Of a DNA stretch of 64,000 bases, positions 8,976 through 19,699 are shown one piece after another (within the stretch, counting starts at the first letter, position 1; every line of letters begins with the position of its first letter). The DNA lies in contig MU005977.1 in NCBI GenBank assembly GCA_010093745.1, positions 124,116 through 188,115 on the forward strand. The letters run 5' to 3'. A model generated the notes under the pieces. That model ran no database searches, had not been told where the DNA came from, and worked only from the letters and a program-made list of their open reading frames with translations. The position numbers and the translations under genes were made by a program. Source of the stretch: Piedraia hortae CBS 480.64. Taxonomy: Eukaryota.

Positions 8976-11278
8976 TCATGCGAGAATAATCGACAGCGTG
9001 TCCCCCGACCCAAACGCCTTGGCGCAGCTCGGACACTTGCGCGATCTGTTCGTGATCAAATCCTTGACGCAGTCGCCGCAAAAGACGTGGCCGCACACTT
9101 TGAGCAGCGTGTTCCTCATGTTCGCATTGCACACCGGACATATTGCAATCCTCTGCAGAGACATTAGCATGACCCATCGAGTAGACGGAACAACATACCC
9201 GCCAGTCGTCGGAACTCGCCGAATTATCAGCCGCCCGCGTGCGACGCAGCTGTTCACACTGCTTCTTCGCTTCATCCAGCCGCACCCGACACTTTTCCAG
9301 CTCCACTTCGACCTCCCTCTTGGCTTTGTTCGCCGAAACAGCCGCCTTGTCTTTCCCGCCAACCAGCTCCTTGTACTCGTCTAGCTGCTTCTTAAACCCT
9401 TCAATGGCAAGATCAGACTGTTTGCTTCGCTGTTCAAGCGTTCGGTACTGGTTCTCCAGCTTGACCAGGTTCTCATGAGACTCTGCCAGCTGACGCTCGT
9501 AATTCGTCAACTTCTCTCTTGCTTTGTGGTCAGCATCCTTGAGCTGGGTGACAATCTCCGAAGACCTCGCGCTCTGCTGCTTCAGTACTCTCAGCTCTCC
9601 CTCCCTCATGTCTTTGGCTTTCATGGCAGCAAAGTACTTTTGATCCGCCTTGCTCTTCTCCGCACTGAGCCGGATGACGGTCTCCTCGTGCTGCACAAGA
9701 TCCTCGACTTTCTTCGTCGCAATGGCTGTCGTCTTCTGCCACGCCGCCTCCATTGACGAAAGCTCGTCGCTCAGAAGCGAACACTGCTGCTCCAGCGTCC
9801 TCACCTTGGCCTTGAGAGCATCGTTGTCCATACCGTCCAGATCCGACTCGGGCGGCAAGGTCTCGCCCATTTGCAGCTTCAATCGTGAAATCTTCAACTC
9901 CAACGACTTGATCCGCTCTTGGCTCGTCTCTGCCAGTTCCTGCGCCAGGGCAGCCGCCTTCTTGCGTTCAGTCTCCCCAGCCTTGGCCAGTTGAAGCTGT
10001 GCTGCGAGTTCATCGCGGGCATTTCGAATGCGCACGAGGTCGGAATCGAGTTTGGAAATCTCGCCACGAGCCTTTTCGGCTTTCTCACGGCCCAACTCGT
10101 CCATTTCGTTCCTGTAAGCTTGACGCTCCGACTGCAGCTTCTGCGCCTCTTCCCGCAGCTTCGTGTTGGTAGCCTCCAAGTCATTTACGCGCTTGACGAC
10201 ATGCTCGAACTGCGACTTTATGCTCTTGAAGAGGCCCGTCTCTGCGTAATCATCGTCTGACAGGCTGATCAACTTGGCCCGCGCCTGGCCGAGTTCGGCA
10301 GACAAGCGTTCATTCTCCGCTTCGACCTCTTTTAATTGCGCCTTTTGCTTCTCTGCAGCTGCCATGGCCTCGTTTCGCGCAGTTTCTGCCTCGGCAATGG
10401 TCGCCTCGTCTTCGGCCTTTCCGTTTACGTCCTCTTTTACCACCACCTTCTTCGCCGCCGGAGCCTCTGTGCTTCCGCCAATGGCCTGTCGTTCCAGTTT
10501 CAAGATCTGCGTGCTCTTGGCACGATCGACGGCCTTTTCGGCCTTCAAATAGCGATAGCTGGCCTCTTCCAGTCGATGCGTCAACGCCTCTTGCTGGTCA
10601 AGGGCCTCGCGCAACTGAACGGCATGTTCCTTCTCCCTCGCCAAAGCCTCGTTGAGTTGCTTCCGAAGCGCGCCAACCTCGGGCGACTCCGACGACAGGC
10701 TGCCAAAGAGGGCCGTAATCACCTCCCTGATCTTATCCGACCGACCTTTTAAATGGGCCGAGAAGGCGTCATTGTGTTCAAACAGCAGGGCCGAGCCGTA
10801 CAATTCCCCACCTATCGATATCTCAGCATTTGTTCTCCTCGGACAGGGGCAGAATCGTACCAGGATCGGTCGTCGTCGGCCGGCCGGCCATGACGCGCAC
10901 CTCGTCCAGCATCTGGGCGAACCAGGCGTCAATGGTGCGCAGATGGTCGTTGTGGAATTTGCAGTCCTCTGCGAGCTGCTTGTACTGTTCCTCCAGCGAC
11001 GCTTTCTGGCGCTTGTAGTCCTTCATCTGCCGAAGGATGGCGTCCTTTTGGAAGTTCTGCGGCGCGTCAGTTGAATTCCGCCGTTCGGTCGCTCAACTCA
11101 CCTCGACATCTTTCTCCTTTTCGGCGTCCATCCGCATGGCCTGGCCGTGCTCGTCTTTGATCATGCGCTTGCGAGAATGGGAGACATTGTCGTCGGCAGC
11201 CAGCGACCTCTTGCGATGTTCCATTTTGACCTTTGCAATAGACGGGGCTGCATTCGCGCTGGTCGGGGCGATTTGCAT
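8976..11278 (-). CDS. BRE1: E3 ubiquitin ligase Bre1 (H2B ubiquitination); 3 introns (about 11057-11101, 10812-10860, 9152-9197)
   Basis: N-terminal KMEHRKR..NFQKDAILRQMKDYKR, long coiled coil with KADQKYFAAMK, C-terminal RING CPVC..CGHVFCGDC..RSRKCPSC. Start is 11278 or 11224. Confidence 0.92.
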
Positions 11279-11473
11279 GGGTATCGAAGAATGTCCAGTC
11301 TGCTTTGCTTCCTCGCGGCTTTGTGTCTTGGAGAGGAAAGGCAAAGTGCACGTCCCTCTGATAGGGTTAGCACGTACTAGGGTTCGGCTTGCTGCCCCAT
11401 CCGTAGACATCACAGGTCACAGCCATCACAGATCACAGCGGCCCACCGGGTCCACTGCTTAGGGTTTACAGCC

Positions 11474-13012
11474 ATGTCAAACATCATCAGTTCAGCCGTG
11501 GCCGGCAGGGCCACGGCTCCAAGGGTTCCAGTTCGTCGTCGAGCGCCGCAAAAGAAAGCAGAGGCCAGCAACCCCGCCCCCGCCGCTCCTGAAGCTGCTC
11601 AGCACGAGGCCGCCAGTCCACCGCTCCAGACACCGCCGGCCACCCAAGTCACAGCCACCCAGTCGGCAAACTTCAGCCCAGAGCCTAGTACGCCTGAGCA
11701 AGTCCCATGTACCGAATTTCTCCCTCAGAACAGAAGGAAGCCCACCCCAGGTGCCCCACCCATTCAGGATGCACAACTGCCGGCACCCACTCAAGATGCA
11801 CCGCTGCCCACCCCCGTTGCGACTCAAGTCCAGCAGGTGGACCCAGACGCGACTCCTGCACCGGAGCCAGTCGAAGCACCACCCCCAAAGCGCAAACGCA
11901 CGAGAAAATCAACTCCAAAGGCCAAACACAACCCAGGCGAAGACGGCCAAGATGACGACCATCGGCGAAGAGAACAGCGAGAAAGACGCGAACGAGAACG
12001 GGAAGCTCACCAACATGATCCAGCGGCCACATCCATGTGGGAACTTGCGCGGGACTCGCGCAACGGCCAAGTGTCTGAACGGGAGAGACAGATGAGACAG
12101 ATTGACTGGGATGAAGTGAAGCAGAAGCGACGGGAAGCCGAAGATCAGCTTGTAGCGGATGCCCAGGAACGACAAGAGCGGAATAGGGAGCAGCGATACA
12201 TCCAGCTGGGTCTCGCCCTGCCAGATGCCGGCAACGACGAGACTGAAGATGCTCAGGCAGAGGACGGGACTGCAGAAGGAGAGTCTGCAGGAGAGACTGC
12301 AGGAGAGACTGCAGAAGGAGAGACCGCCGAGACAGAACAGCCCACCAGAGCGGGACCTGCACTGCGAATCGTCAATGGAGAAATCATGCTTGACGAAGAG
12401 GCCCCGGAAGAGGCGCCCCCGGAAGATGATTATGCCGACATCCTCGCACAGGAAGACGCAGATCTTACAGTACGCAGGAATCGAATGGTGGGCATCAACA
12501 ACCGCCGTCGGGAGCCTGCAGACCGTCTACCGCCAGCGCGTAAACGGGGCGGAAAGACGCGCAACGGGGCATGGACAACAGAAGAAACCGACATGCTGTA
12601 CCAACACATGCGTATGTGGGGGACAGACTTTGAAATGATTGCGCAGATGATGCCGAACCGCACCCGCGCTCAGGTGAAGCGCAAGTTTCTCGCCGAGGAG
12701 AAGCTGGATCCCGTTCGCATGAGGGAGACGTTTATGGCTAAACCGATTCCCATGTCGATTGATTACTACGCTGAGCATACTGGTCGTGATAAGAGCGTCT
12801 ACACCCAGTACGAGGGTCTTGACGATTGCATGAACCAGATCAAGGAGACTGTAGCTGATGTGAGGAGACAAAAGGAACAGCGAGAGGAAGAAGCGAGACA
12901 GCAGGTGCAGAAAGATCAAGATGAGGCAGAAGCCAGAAAGGCAAGTGCGAAGCGGAAGAGGGAGGGAAAGAAGAGGAAAAGAGAGGCCGAGGTGCAGTTA
13001 GAAGATGAGTAG
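11474..13012 (+). CDS. BDP1: TFIIIB B'' subunit (SANT/Myb domain)
   Basis: GPALRIVNGEIMLDE, WTTEETDMLYQHMRMWGTDFEMIAQMMPNRTRAQVKRKFLAEEK. Confidence 0.88.
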   Translation: MSNIISSAVAGRATAPRVPVRRRAPQKKAEASNPAPAAPEAAQHEAASPPLQTPPATQVTATQSANFSPEPSTPEQVPCTEFLPQNRRKPTPGAPPIQDAQLPAPTQDAPLPTPVATQVQQVDPDATPAPEPVEAPPPKRKRTRKSTPKAKHNPGEDGQDDDHRRREQRERREREREAHQHDPAATSMWELARDSRNGQVSERERQMRQIDWDEVKQKRREAEDQLVADAQERQERNREQRYIQLGLALPDAGNDETEDAQAEDGTAEGESAGETAGETAEGETAETEQPTRAGPALRIVNGEIMLDEEAPEEAPPEDDYADILAQEDADLTVRRNRMVGINNRRREPADRLPPARKRGGKTRNGAWTTEETDMLYQHMRMWGTDFEMIAQMMPNRTRAQVKRKFLAEEKLDPVRMRETFMAKPIPMSIDYYAEHTGRDKSVYTQYEGLDDCMNQIKETVADVRRQKEQREEEARQQVQKDQDEAEARKASAKRKREGKKRKREAEVQLEDE

Positions 13013-13022
13013 AATCGGAGGC

Positions 13023-14390
13023 TTACCCGGCCCATTGGGGATTTTTGAAGGTGACGAGATTGCGCCATCGGAACCAATCGTCATCGGGACCAAAGCCGAG
13101 TGCCGTCAGAGGACTTATGGGCACCGGTTCCAGCAGCCACACGCCTCCGCGAGCGAGATCGTTTAGCAGAAGCGGCGTTGTAATGTAGAACCAGAGGTAT
13201 GTGTACGTCAAATTACACAGGCGACGCGGCCATCGCGGTGCGGATGCAATTCCAACGTACTCACACAGAGCAATGAGTACCTGCTGAAGGATAATGCCGA
13301 GGGTTTGCAGGTTGAAGAAGAGAAACGGGGCAAGGGGCCGTGTGTGTCCCGTCTGCGTGTGGCTCCCAGCTGCATGGATCAGTCCTGAGAGGAAAAACGC
13401 AACTGCAGCAGACATCAAACGTCCTGTAATCGAACGAGACGATGTCCTCGTGCCCGATATCATCGCCTTTGCCGGAGCCTTGAACGAAGCTCGAAACGTC
13501 TGATGCCACCAGCCTCCCCACCATCCCGCCAGCCCGTGGTCGAGGATCAAGGACGCGTCCCCAAACATATCCAGCGGGTTCATCACCGCCTCGCCTTTGA
13601 GTCCCAATATCCCTGGCCCCAATAAGCCCACAAACACAATCGGCGCCAACTTGAAAATCGTATACAACGCAGTATACAATCCCGCCAAACTGAGCAAAAG
13701 CCGATATCCCTTTGCAAGCCCCTGGGGAATCAAGCCCTCCACATACTCCGGCAGTGACGCATTCAAATCCCCCGTCCAGAAATACTCGTCCGAATGCATC
13801 ACACACGCAAGGGCATCCAGCGCAAGATACCCACACAGCAATCCGGCCAACGCCTTCCTCACCAACTCCCTCCTATTCCCAAACCTCCTCACCCCCGACT
13901 TTCCCGTCGTCATGCCCCCAGGGCCCGGAACGGGCGGAATCCCATCCACCTCCCAATTCCAGCCCACGCCACGCACGCTACAAACCAAATCAAGCACCCA
14001 ATAAACCCTCCTAATCCCAAACCGATCTGGAAATATTTCCCTTTTCCCATCCCTCTTCACCCTCCAAAATTCAGTCTGGCAGTTATTGAATAACCCCAAG
14101 AACGCGAGCCAGAGACATCCCCACGAGGAGATGATTCCGATTCCATACGCTGCTGCGGGATTTCGCGCGCGGGTGAACAGGACACACCACAGCTGGAATC
14201 CCACCACGAAAAGAAAAGCCATCCATCGAAGAGCTCTAGAGTGAGGGTCAAGGAGGAGGTAAGTGAGCGCCGCCCCCGCGCCTAGAAAACAGAACGGAAA
14301 GGAGAAAGGCCTCCTCCCCCCATACGTAACCGCCTGCTCATCAAATAACCTATCATGATGCCTCCTCGCTTCGTAGAATGACATGTCCAT
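13023..14390 (-). CDS. Membrane-bound O-acyltransferase / wax-synthase (MBOAT_2, Tri7-like) protein
   Basis: Multi-TM; RGVGWNW, GLAGWWGGWWHQTFR, AFFLSGLIH, FFNLQTLGI. Start placed at MDMSFYEAR because sequence further upstream is occupied by RBG2 exons. Confidence 0.8.
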   Translation of the reverse strand: MDMSFYEARRHHDRLFDEQAVTYGGRRPFSFPFCFLGAGAALTYLLLDPHSRALRWMAFLFVVGFQLWCVLFTRARNPAAAYGIGIISSWGCLWLAFLGLFNNCQTEFWRVKRDGKREIFPDRFGIRRVYWVLDLVCSVRGVGWNWEVDGIPPVPGPGGMTTGKSGVRRFGNRRELVRKALAGLLCGYLALDALACVMHSDEYFWTGDLNASLPEYVEGLIPQGLAKGYRLLLSLAGLYTALYTIFKLAPIVFVGLLGPGILGLKGEAVMNPLDMFGDASLILDHGLAGWWGGWWHQTFRASFKAPAKAMISGTRTSSRSITGRLMSAAVAFFLSGLIHAAGSHTQTGHTRPLAPFLFFNLQTLGIILQQVLIALCEYVGIASAPRWPRRLCNLTYTYLWFYITTPLLLNDLARGGVWLLEPVPISPLTALGFGPDDDWFRWRNLVTFKNPQWAG

Positions 14391-14413
14391 GCAGCGGAGA
14401 CGTGAGTGTGGTG

Positions 14414-14421
14414 TGACGTCA
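14414..14421. promoter_or_regulatory. CRE/ATF-type palindrome TGACGTCA in 82-nt bidirectional promoter
   Basis: GTGACGTCAC perfect 10-bp palindrome between two divergent ATGs. Confidence 0.45.
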
Positions 14422-14472
14422 CGGCGTCTACCTCCGCCTTTGCGATCGCACAGAACTCTTGTAGTCGCAAAA

Positions 14473-15345
14473 ATGGTCAATATAACCGACAAAATCAAAG
14501 AGTATCCCATCCCCCTTTCCCTTGTGTAGTTCTCTAAGTGTGTAGGATCGAAGATGAAATGCGTCGAACGCAGAGTACGTTTCTCCTTACCCTCCCCCTC
14601 AATCCTAACATCACAAAGAAAATAAAGCAACCGGTACGTTCCTTCCCTTAACCCATCCCCTCCGCTAACAGCGGTAGAGTACCACCTCGGTCTCCTCAAA
14701 GGGTGCGCCCAATCCCTCTCCCACCCAACAACTAACATAGAAATTAAAAAAAAAAAAAAAACAGTAAACTCGCCCGTCTCCGCGCCCAACTCCTCGAACC
14801 TGGTCCCGGCGCTGGCAGCGGCGGGGGGTCGGGGTTCGATGTCTCCAAATCAGGCGATGCGCGGATCGCATTGGTCGGCTTCCCCTCCGTCGGAAAGTCC
14901 ACCTTCCTCTCTCGCGTGACAAAAACAAAATCCGAAATCGCAGCCTACTCGTTCACGACCCTAACCGCCATCCCCGGTGTTCTGGAATACGGTGGTGCGG
15001 AGATTCAGGTTCTGGACCTACCGGGGATTATTGAAGGAGCGTCAGAGGGTAAAGGACGGGGACGACAGGTGATTTCTGCTGCGAAGACGAGTGATTTGAT
15101 TTTGATGGTGCTTGACGCGACGAAGAGGGCAGAGCAGAGAGCCCTGCTTGAGGCTGAGCTTGAGGCGGTTGGGATAAGGCTGAATTCGGCTCCGCCGGAT
15201 ATTGTTTTGAGGGTCAAGAAAGCGGGGGGGATGAAGATTACGTTTCAGAATCCGCCGAAATACTTGGATGAGAGGTTGGTGGGGGGTGTGCTTAGGGATT
15301 ATAGGATACTGAATTGTGAGGTGCTTGTGAGGGATGAGAATGGTG

Positions 15346-15419
<74 letters not shown>

Positions 15420-15924
15420 ATTTTTTTTTTTTTTGATTCGATTTGACGGATGGATGAGGCTAACTAGGACAGCTACGGTAGACCAGTTCATCGACGTGAT
15501 TATGCGCGAACACAGGACTTATATCAAGTGTTTGTACGTGTACAACAAGGTCGATGGGATCAGTCTGTCTTTTCTGGACAGTCTAGCCCGCGAGCCGAAT
15601 ACGGCTGTTATGTCGTGCGAGCTGGATATTGGGATACAAGATGTGGTTGATCGGTGCTGGGAGGAGCTAGGATTGATCAGGGTGTATACGAAACGAAAAG
15701 GTGTCGAGCCGGATTTCAACGAGGCGCTGATTGTGAGGAACAATAGTTCGATCGAGGATGTGTGCGATCATATCCATCGGGGATTGAAGGAAAGCTTCAA
15801 GTATGCGCTCGTCTGGGGAGCGAGTGCGAGACATGTCCCGCAGAGGGTTGGGTTGAGCCATGTCGTGGCCGATGAGGATGTGGTTTCGATTGTTGGGTCG
15901 AAGAGTGGGCTTGCTACTAGGTAG
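14473..15924 (+). CDS. RBG2: DRG-family ribosome-binding GTPase (Rbg2/DRG2); 5 introns
   Basis: Spliced [37 protein letters not shown]; introns 14502-14545, 14575-14618, 14634-14677, 14703-14764, 15343-15472; [25 protein letters not shown]-domain end [15 protein letters not shown]. Confidence 0.93.
15348..15434. repeat. Long poly(dT) inside last RBG2 intron
   Basis: About 70 T, then GA, then 14 T. Confidence 0.95.
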
Positions 15925-16040
15925 ACTCTGAAATTTACTGTGTTCAATGACAGCCTAGGCAGCTATCCCTAGACAGCTATCCAAACTCCCCACGTGACGC
16001 ACACTGAACATCAATTCACAAAAAGCAGCGAACAACCAGA

Positions 16041-18210
16041 ATGATAACAATCAGTATGTCCTCCCCCTTGGGTAGTACTCCAGCTAACCCTTCCAGAGGT
16101 CCCCTGCTCCTCCGCCAACATCGGTACCAAATTCCCCCGCAAAGCATCCCTCCTCTACTAACCAAACCCAGGACCCGGATTCGATGTAATCGGCCTCGCG
16201 CTAAGCAGCTATCTTACCCTGACCGTCACCCGGGATGAATCCGCATCCACCCTCCCTGATAAATGTCTCATAACAACCCAGTCAGGGGAGTCCGACATCC
16301 CCACCCTCCCAAGCGAAAACCTCATAACGCGCGTCGCCCTCTACGTCCTCCGCTGCCACGGGATCCACACCTTCCCCTACCCCCTCCACCTTCTCATCCG
16401 CAACGAAATCCGCCTGGGCCGGGGGCTGGGCTCCTCCGGCGCAGCCGTCGTAGCGGGCGTCGCACTGGCCAACAGCGTCGCAACCCTCGCTCTCTCTCGG
16501 GAGCGAATGCTCGACTACTGCCTCATGGTCGAGCGGCACCCCGATAACGTCGCCGCTGCCCTCTACGGCGGATTCGTCGGCTCTTACCTCCGGGAACTCG
16601 ACCCCGAGGGTCTCCGTCGTAAAGAAATCCCCTTAGCAGAAGTCCTACCCTCACCCCAAGGCGGGGAGGATACGGGTCTCCAACCCCCCGTCCCCCCAAA
16701 AGACATCGCGAAACACATCCGCTTCCCCTGGGCAAGGGAGATTAAATGCATAGCCGTAATCCCAGAGTTTGAGGTCAGCACTGCTACCGCGCGGAGCGTC
16801 CTTCCTCAAACCTACGCGAAGCGCGATGTGGTGTATAATCTCCAGCGCGTAGCGTTGCTCACCACTGCGTTAGGGCAAAGTCCCCCCAACGCGGAGCTTA
16901 TCTACGCTGGCATGCAGGATCGGCTTCACCAGCCGTATCGGAAGGGTCTCATCCCCGGACTCGAGGGGGTTTTGAAATCGGTAACGCCTGCTTCGCACCC
17001 GGGTTTGCTGGGGATCTGTCTCTCGGGCGCGGGTCCGACGATCCTCGCTCTCGCGACGAGGAATTTCAATATCATTGCCAAACACCTCATCGGGGAGTTT
17101 GCGAAGGAGGGGGTTAGGTGTTCCTGGCGGTTGCTCGAGCCCGCGTACGAGGGTCTGACTGTGAGTGGGGAAGCGAAAACTGTCCGCTACGCGGACGCGG
17201 GGGTTTCGATTGATAAGGGCAATGAGTTTGTGCAGAGGATTAAACCCCTCGTTGGGAGCACGAAACGTGAGGGTGCGGATGCGGAGATTGGGGGGTTCGG
17301 AGGCGCGTTTGACCTCGCGTCCGCGGGGTACAATGCTCCGCCGACGATCGTGCAGGCTATTGATGGCGTGGGGACGAAGTTGAAAATCGCGGTTGCGGTG
17401 GGGGAGCTGGGGACGATTGGCGTCGATCTCGTCGCGATGAATGTTAATGATTTGGTTGTACAGGGGGCCGAGCCGTTGACGTTTATGGATTATTATTCTA
17501 CGTCAAGACTGGATGTTGAGACGGGGATAAAGTTTCTGGAGGGTGTAGCGAAGGGGTGTAAGGAGGCTGGCTGCGCGCTTGTGGGAGGCGAAACGGCGGA
17601 AATGCCGGGAATTTATGCCACGGGTGACTTTGATGCTGCGGGTGCTGCTACAGGCGCGGTGGAGAGGGGGAAACCGCTTCTTCCGTTGAAGGGGAGGATG
17701 AAAGAGGGGAATGTGTTGGTTGGATTGCCCAGTTCGGGACCGCATTCGAATGGATATTCCCTCATAAGGAAGCTGGTGGAGGGGTTGGATTACTTTCAGC
17801 CTGCTCCGTGGGACACAAGGGTTAAGTTGGGTGAGGCACTGCTCACTCCGACGAGGATTTATGTCAGAACTCTCCTCCCGCTGGTTAAGAGGAATTTGGT
17901 CTTGGGCATGGCGCATATCACGGGTGGTGGGCTAGAAGATAATGTGCCGAGGATGTTGCCGGATCATCTCGGGGCTGAACTAGATGCGACCAAGTGGAGT
18001 GTGCCGGAGTCGTTGAAGTGGTTGAAGAAGGAGGGCGCGCTGGACCATAAAGAGTTTGCGAGGACGTGGAATACGGGTCTGGGTATGGTGTTGGTTGTTG
18101 AGGAGGGGGAGGTGGATGAGGTGTTGAAGCTATGCGAAGATGCGAGGGTGGTGGGGAAGGTTGTGGATGGTAAAGGGGTCAAAATTACGGGAACGGAAGT
18201 GTGGGATTGA
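16041..18210 (+). CDS. THR1: Fusion protein: homoserine kinase (THR1) + AIR synthetase (PurM / Ade7 half); introns 16054-16096, 16124-16171
   Basis: Spliced [68 protein letters not shown] (HSK end about 17163). Continues in frame via SGEAKT into YADAGVSIDKGN..GGFGG..DGVGTK..VAMNVNDL..GAEPL..GGETAEMP..SSGPHSNGYSL..AHITGGGL..TWNTGLG (AIRS). No stop between the domains. Confidence 0.93.
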
Positions 18211-19699
18211 TCGAGAGCAAAAGGACAAGGGTGGTATCTGTGTGCACATCTGTGGTTGTGAAAAGTTAAAAGGGGAGGAAAAGCTACCTCCAGCTTCGGT
18301 AAAAGCAAATGTTTAGACTACAACATGGGTGTGCAGATCAACAGTGAGTTTTTTGACCTCTCGACTTTACGTTCGGATCCTTTTCCCCCCATGCTGCTAA
18401 GCTCATGCGGGATTGAATTCAGCTCCACGGTGTCGTGACTACAAATATAGGCAAATCATCGGTAAACCTTTGACTTGAGTTTGGGTTTTTGGGCTTGACA
18501 GTCGCACATTTTCTCAGGTACATGCAGTGAGATGAGAGGGAGAACAGTCAGCTGCATGAACATCACGAAATTGTTCAAACCACTGCTTAGTTATCGAGTT
18601 CCACAGTCTCCTCTACTTCCCTCATCCTTACTGCGAACTTCAGAGGATGCAACGATAAACCTTCATCTTCCCACAACCACGAAGAACGAAAGTTCCCAAA
18701 CCATCATCAAATTCTTTACGATTTGGCTGTCAACTTCACACTCATTTCTTTATGATGCAACGTACAGGGGCGACTCAACTTTGCCCCTCCATGAACGATG
18801 GGCATGCAAATATTCACGAATTGTTTCCCCGGCTATTGTTTTATCGTTGGATTTCACGGTCGTATTCTCTCCAGGATCATAGCTATGCTGGGTGTTAGAC
18901 GGGATAGTCGCCCTCAGAACGAGAACAAACACCAGGTAACTACCTTTTTCACAATCATTTGCCTCTCGACTTGACACTTTCGTTTTTCTCTTGGCCATGC
19001 TGGGAAGATGCGTAGAGCGAGGAGATTCAGCTTCGCCGAACTTTTCAGCTTTCACCATCCGACGTCCCACTATAACCTTCGACAGCTAAGAGACAAGATC
19101 TGTGATTCACACCAATTTTTTTTCCACCGGTCCTTTCTGCCGTGCTGCTAATTCAACTCCCCGGGCCTTCACAACTCCCATGAATTTCTGTGACTCCCAT
19201 TTGATTGCTAGATTGCACATTCGAGTTTATTTAGCTATCCTAGCTGCATATACCGCGTTGGTGTACCTCACAAAAAAACTCCTTGACTTTGGTTGTAGTC
19301 CAAGTTTTAATTTCTATGCTGCGGAAGAAATTTGGTCGTTATACCTCTTGCTGAACAAGAGGTATTCTAGTTCATCGGATGCTCTGGGAGTGACCCTAGC
19401 TACCATAATGTAGTCCTAGAGACTGGTGTCGGCGACGAGTAGTGCAACACAATCTCAGACCAATCAGGCTATTAAACCAAAGCGAGACAGAAAGCGCTGG
19501 AGAATACATCAACGATAACGGTCTAGCACATTGAATCTCTCCGTTAAAGTCATGAGCTTGTCCACATTGCTTCCATACCGTCAGTGCATCACCCCACGCC
19601 ATCCTACATACCTCCTCTCTCTAGGCCGTTGCACGGCACGTTGTTGTACTGCTCAGGCGCTGCTGCGCCGACACGATTGCAGACACGATTGCAGACAGG

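Noticed and set aside
12272..12325. 12-15 nt tandem repeat in BDP1
   Set aside because: Ordinary low-complexity coding repeat (AGET/AEGE); not CRISPR-like.
14391..14789. N-terminal extension of the 588-aa MBOAT ORF
   Set aside because: Overlaps RBG2 exons and introns on the opposite strand; the true start is more likely 14390 or 14384.
15340..15446. Poly-Phe/poly-Lys ORFs
   Set aside because: Intronic poly(T) of RBG2.
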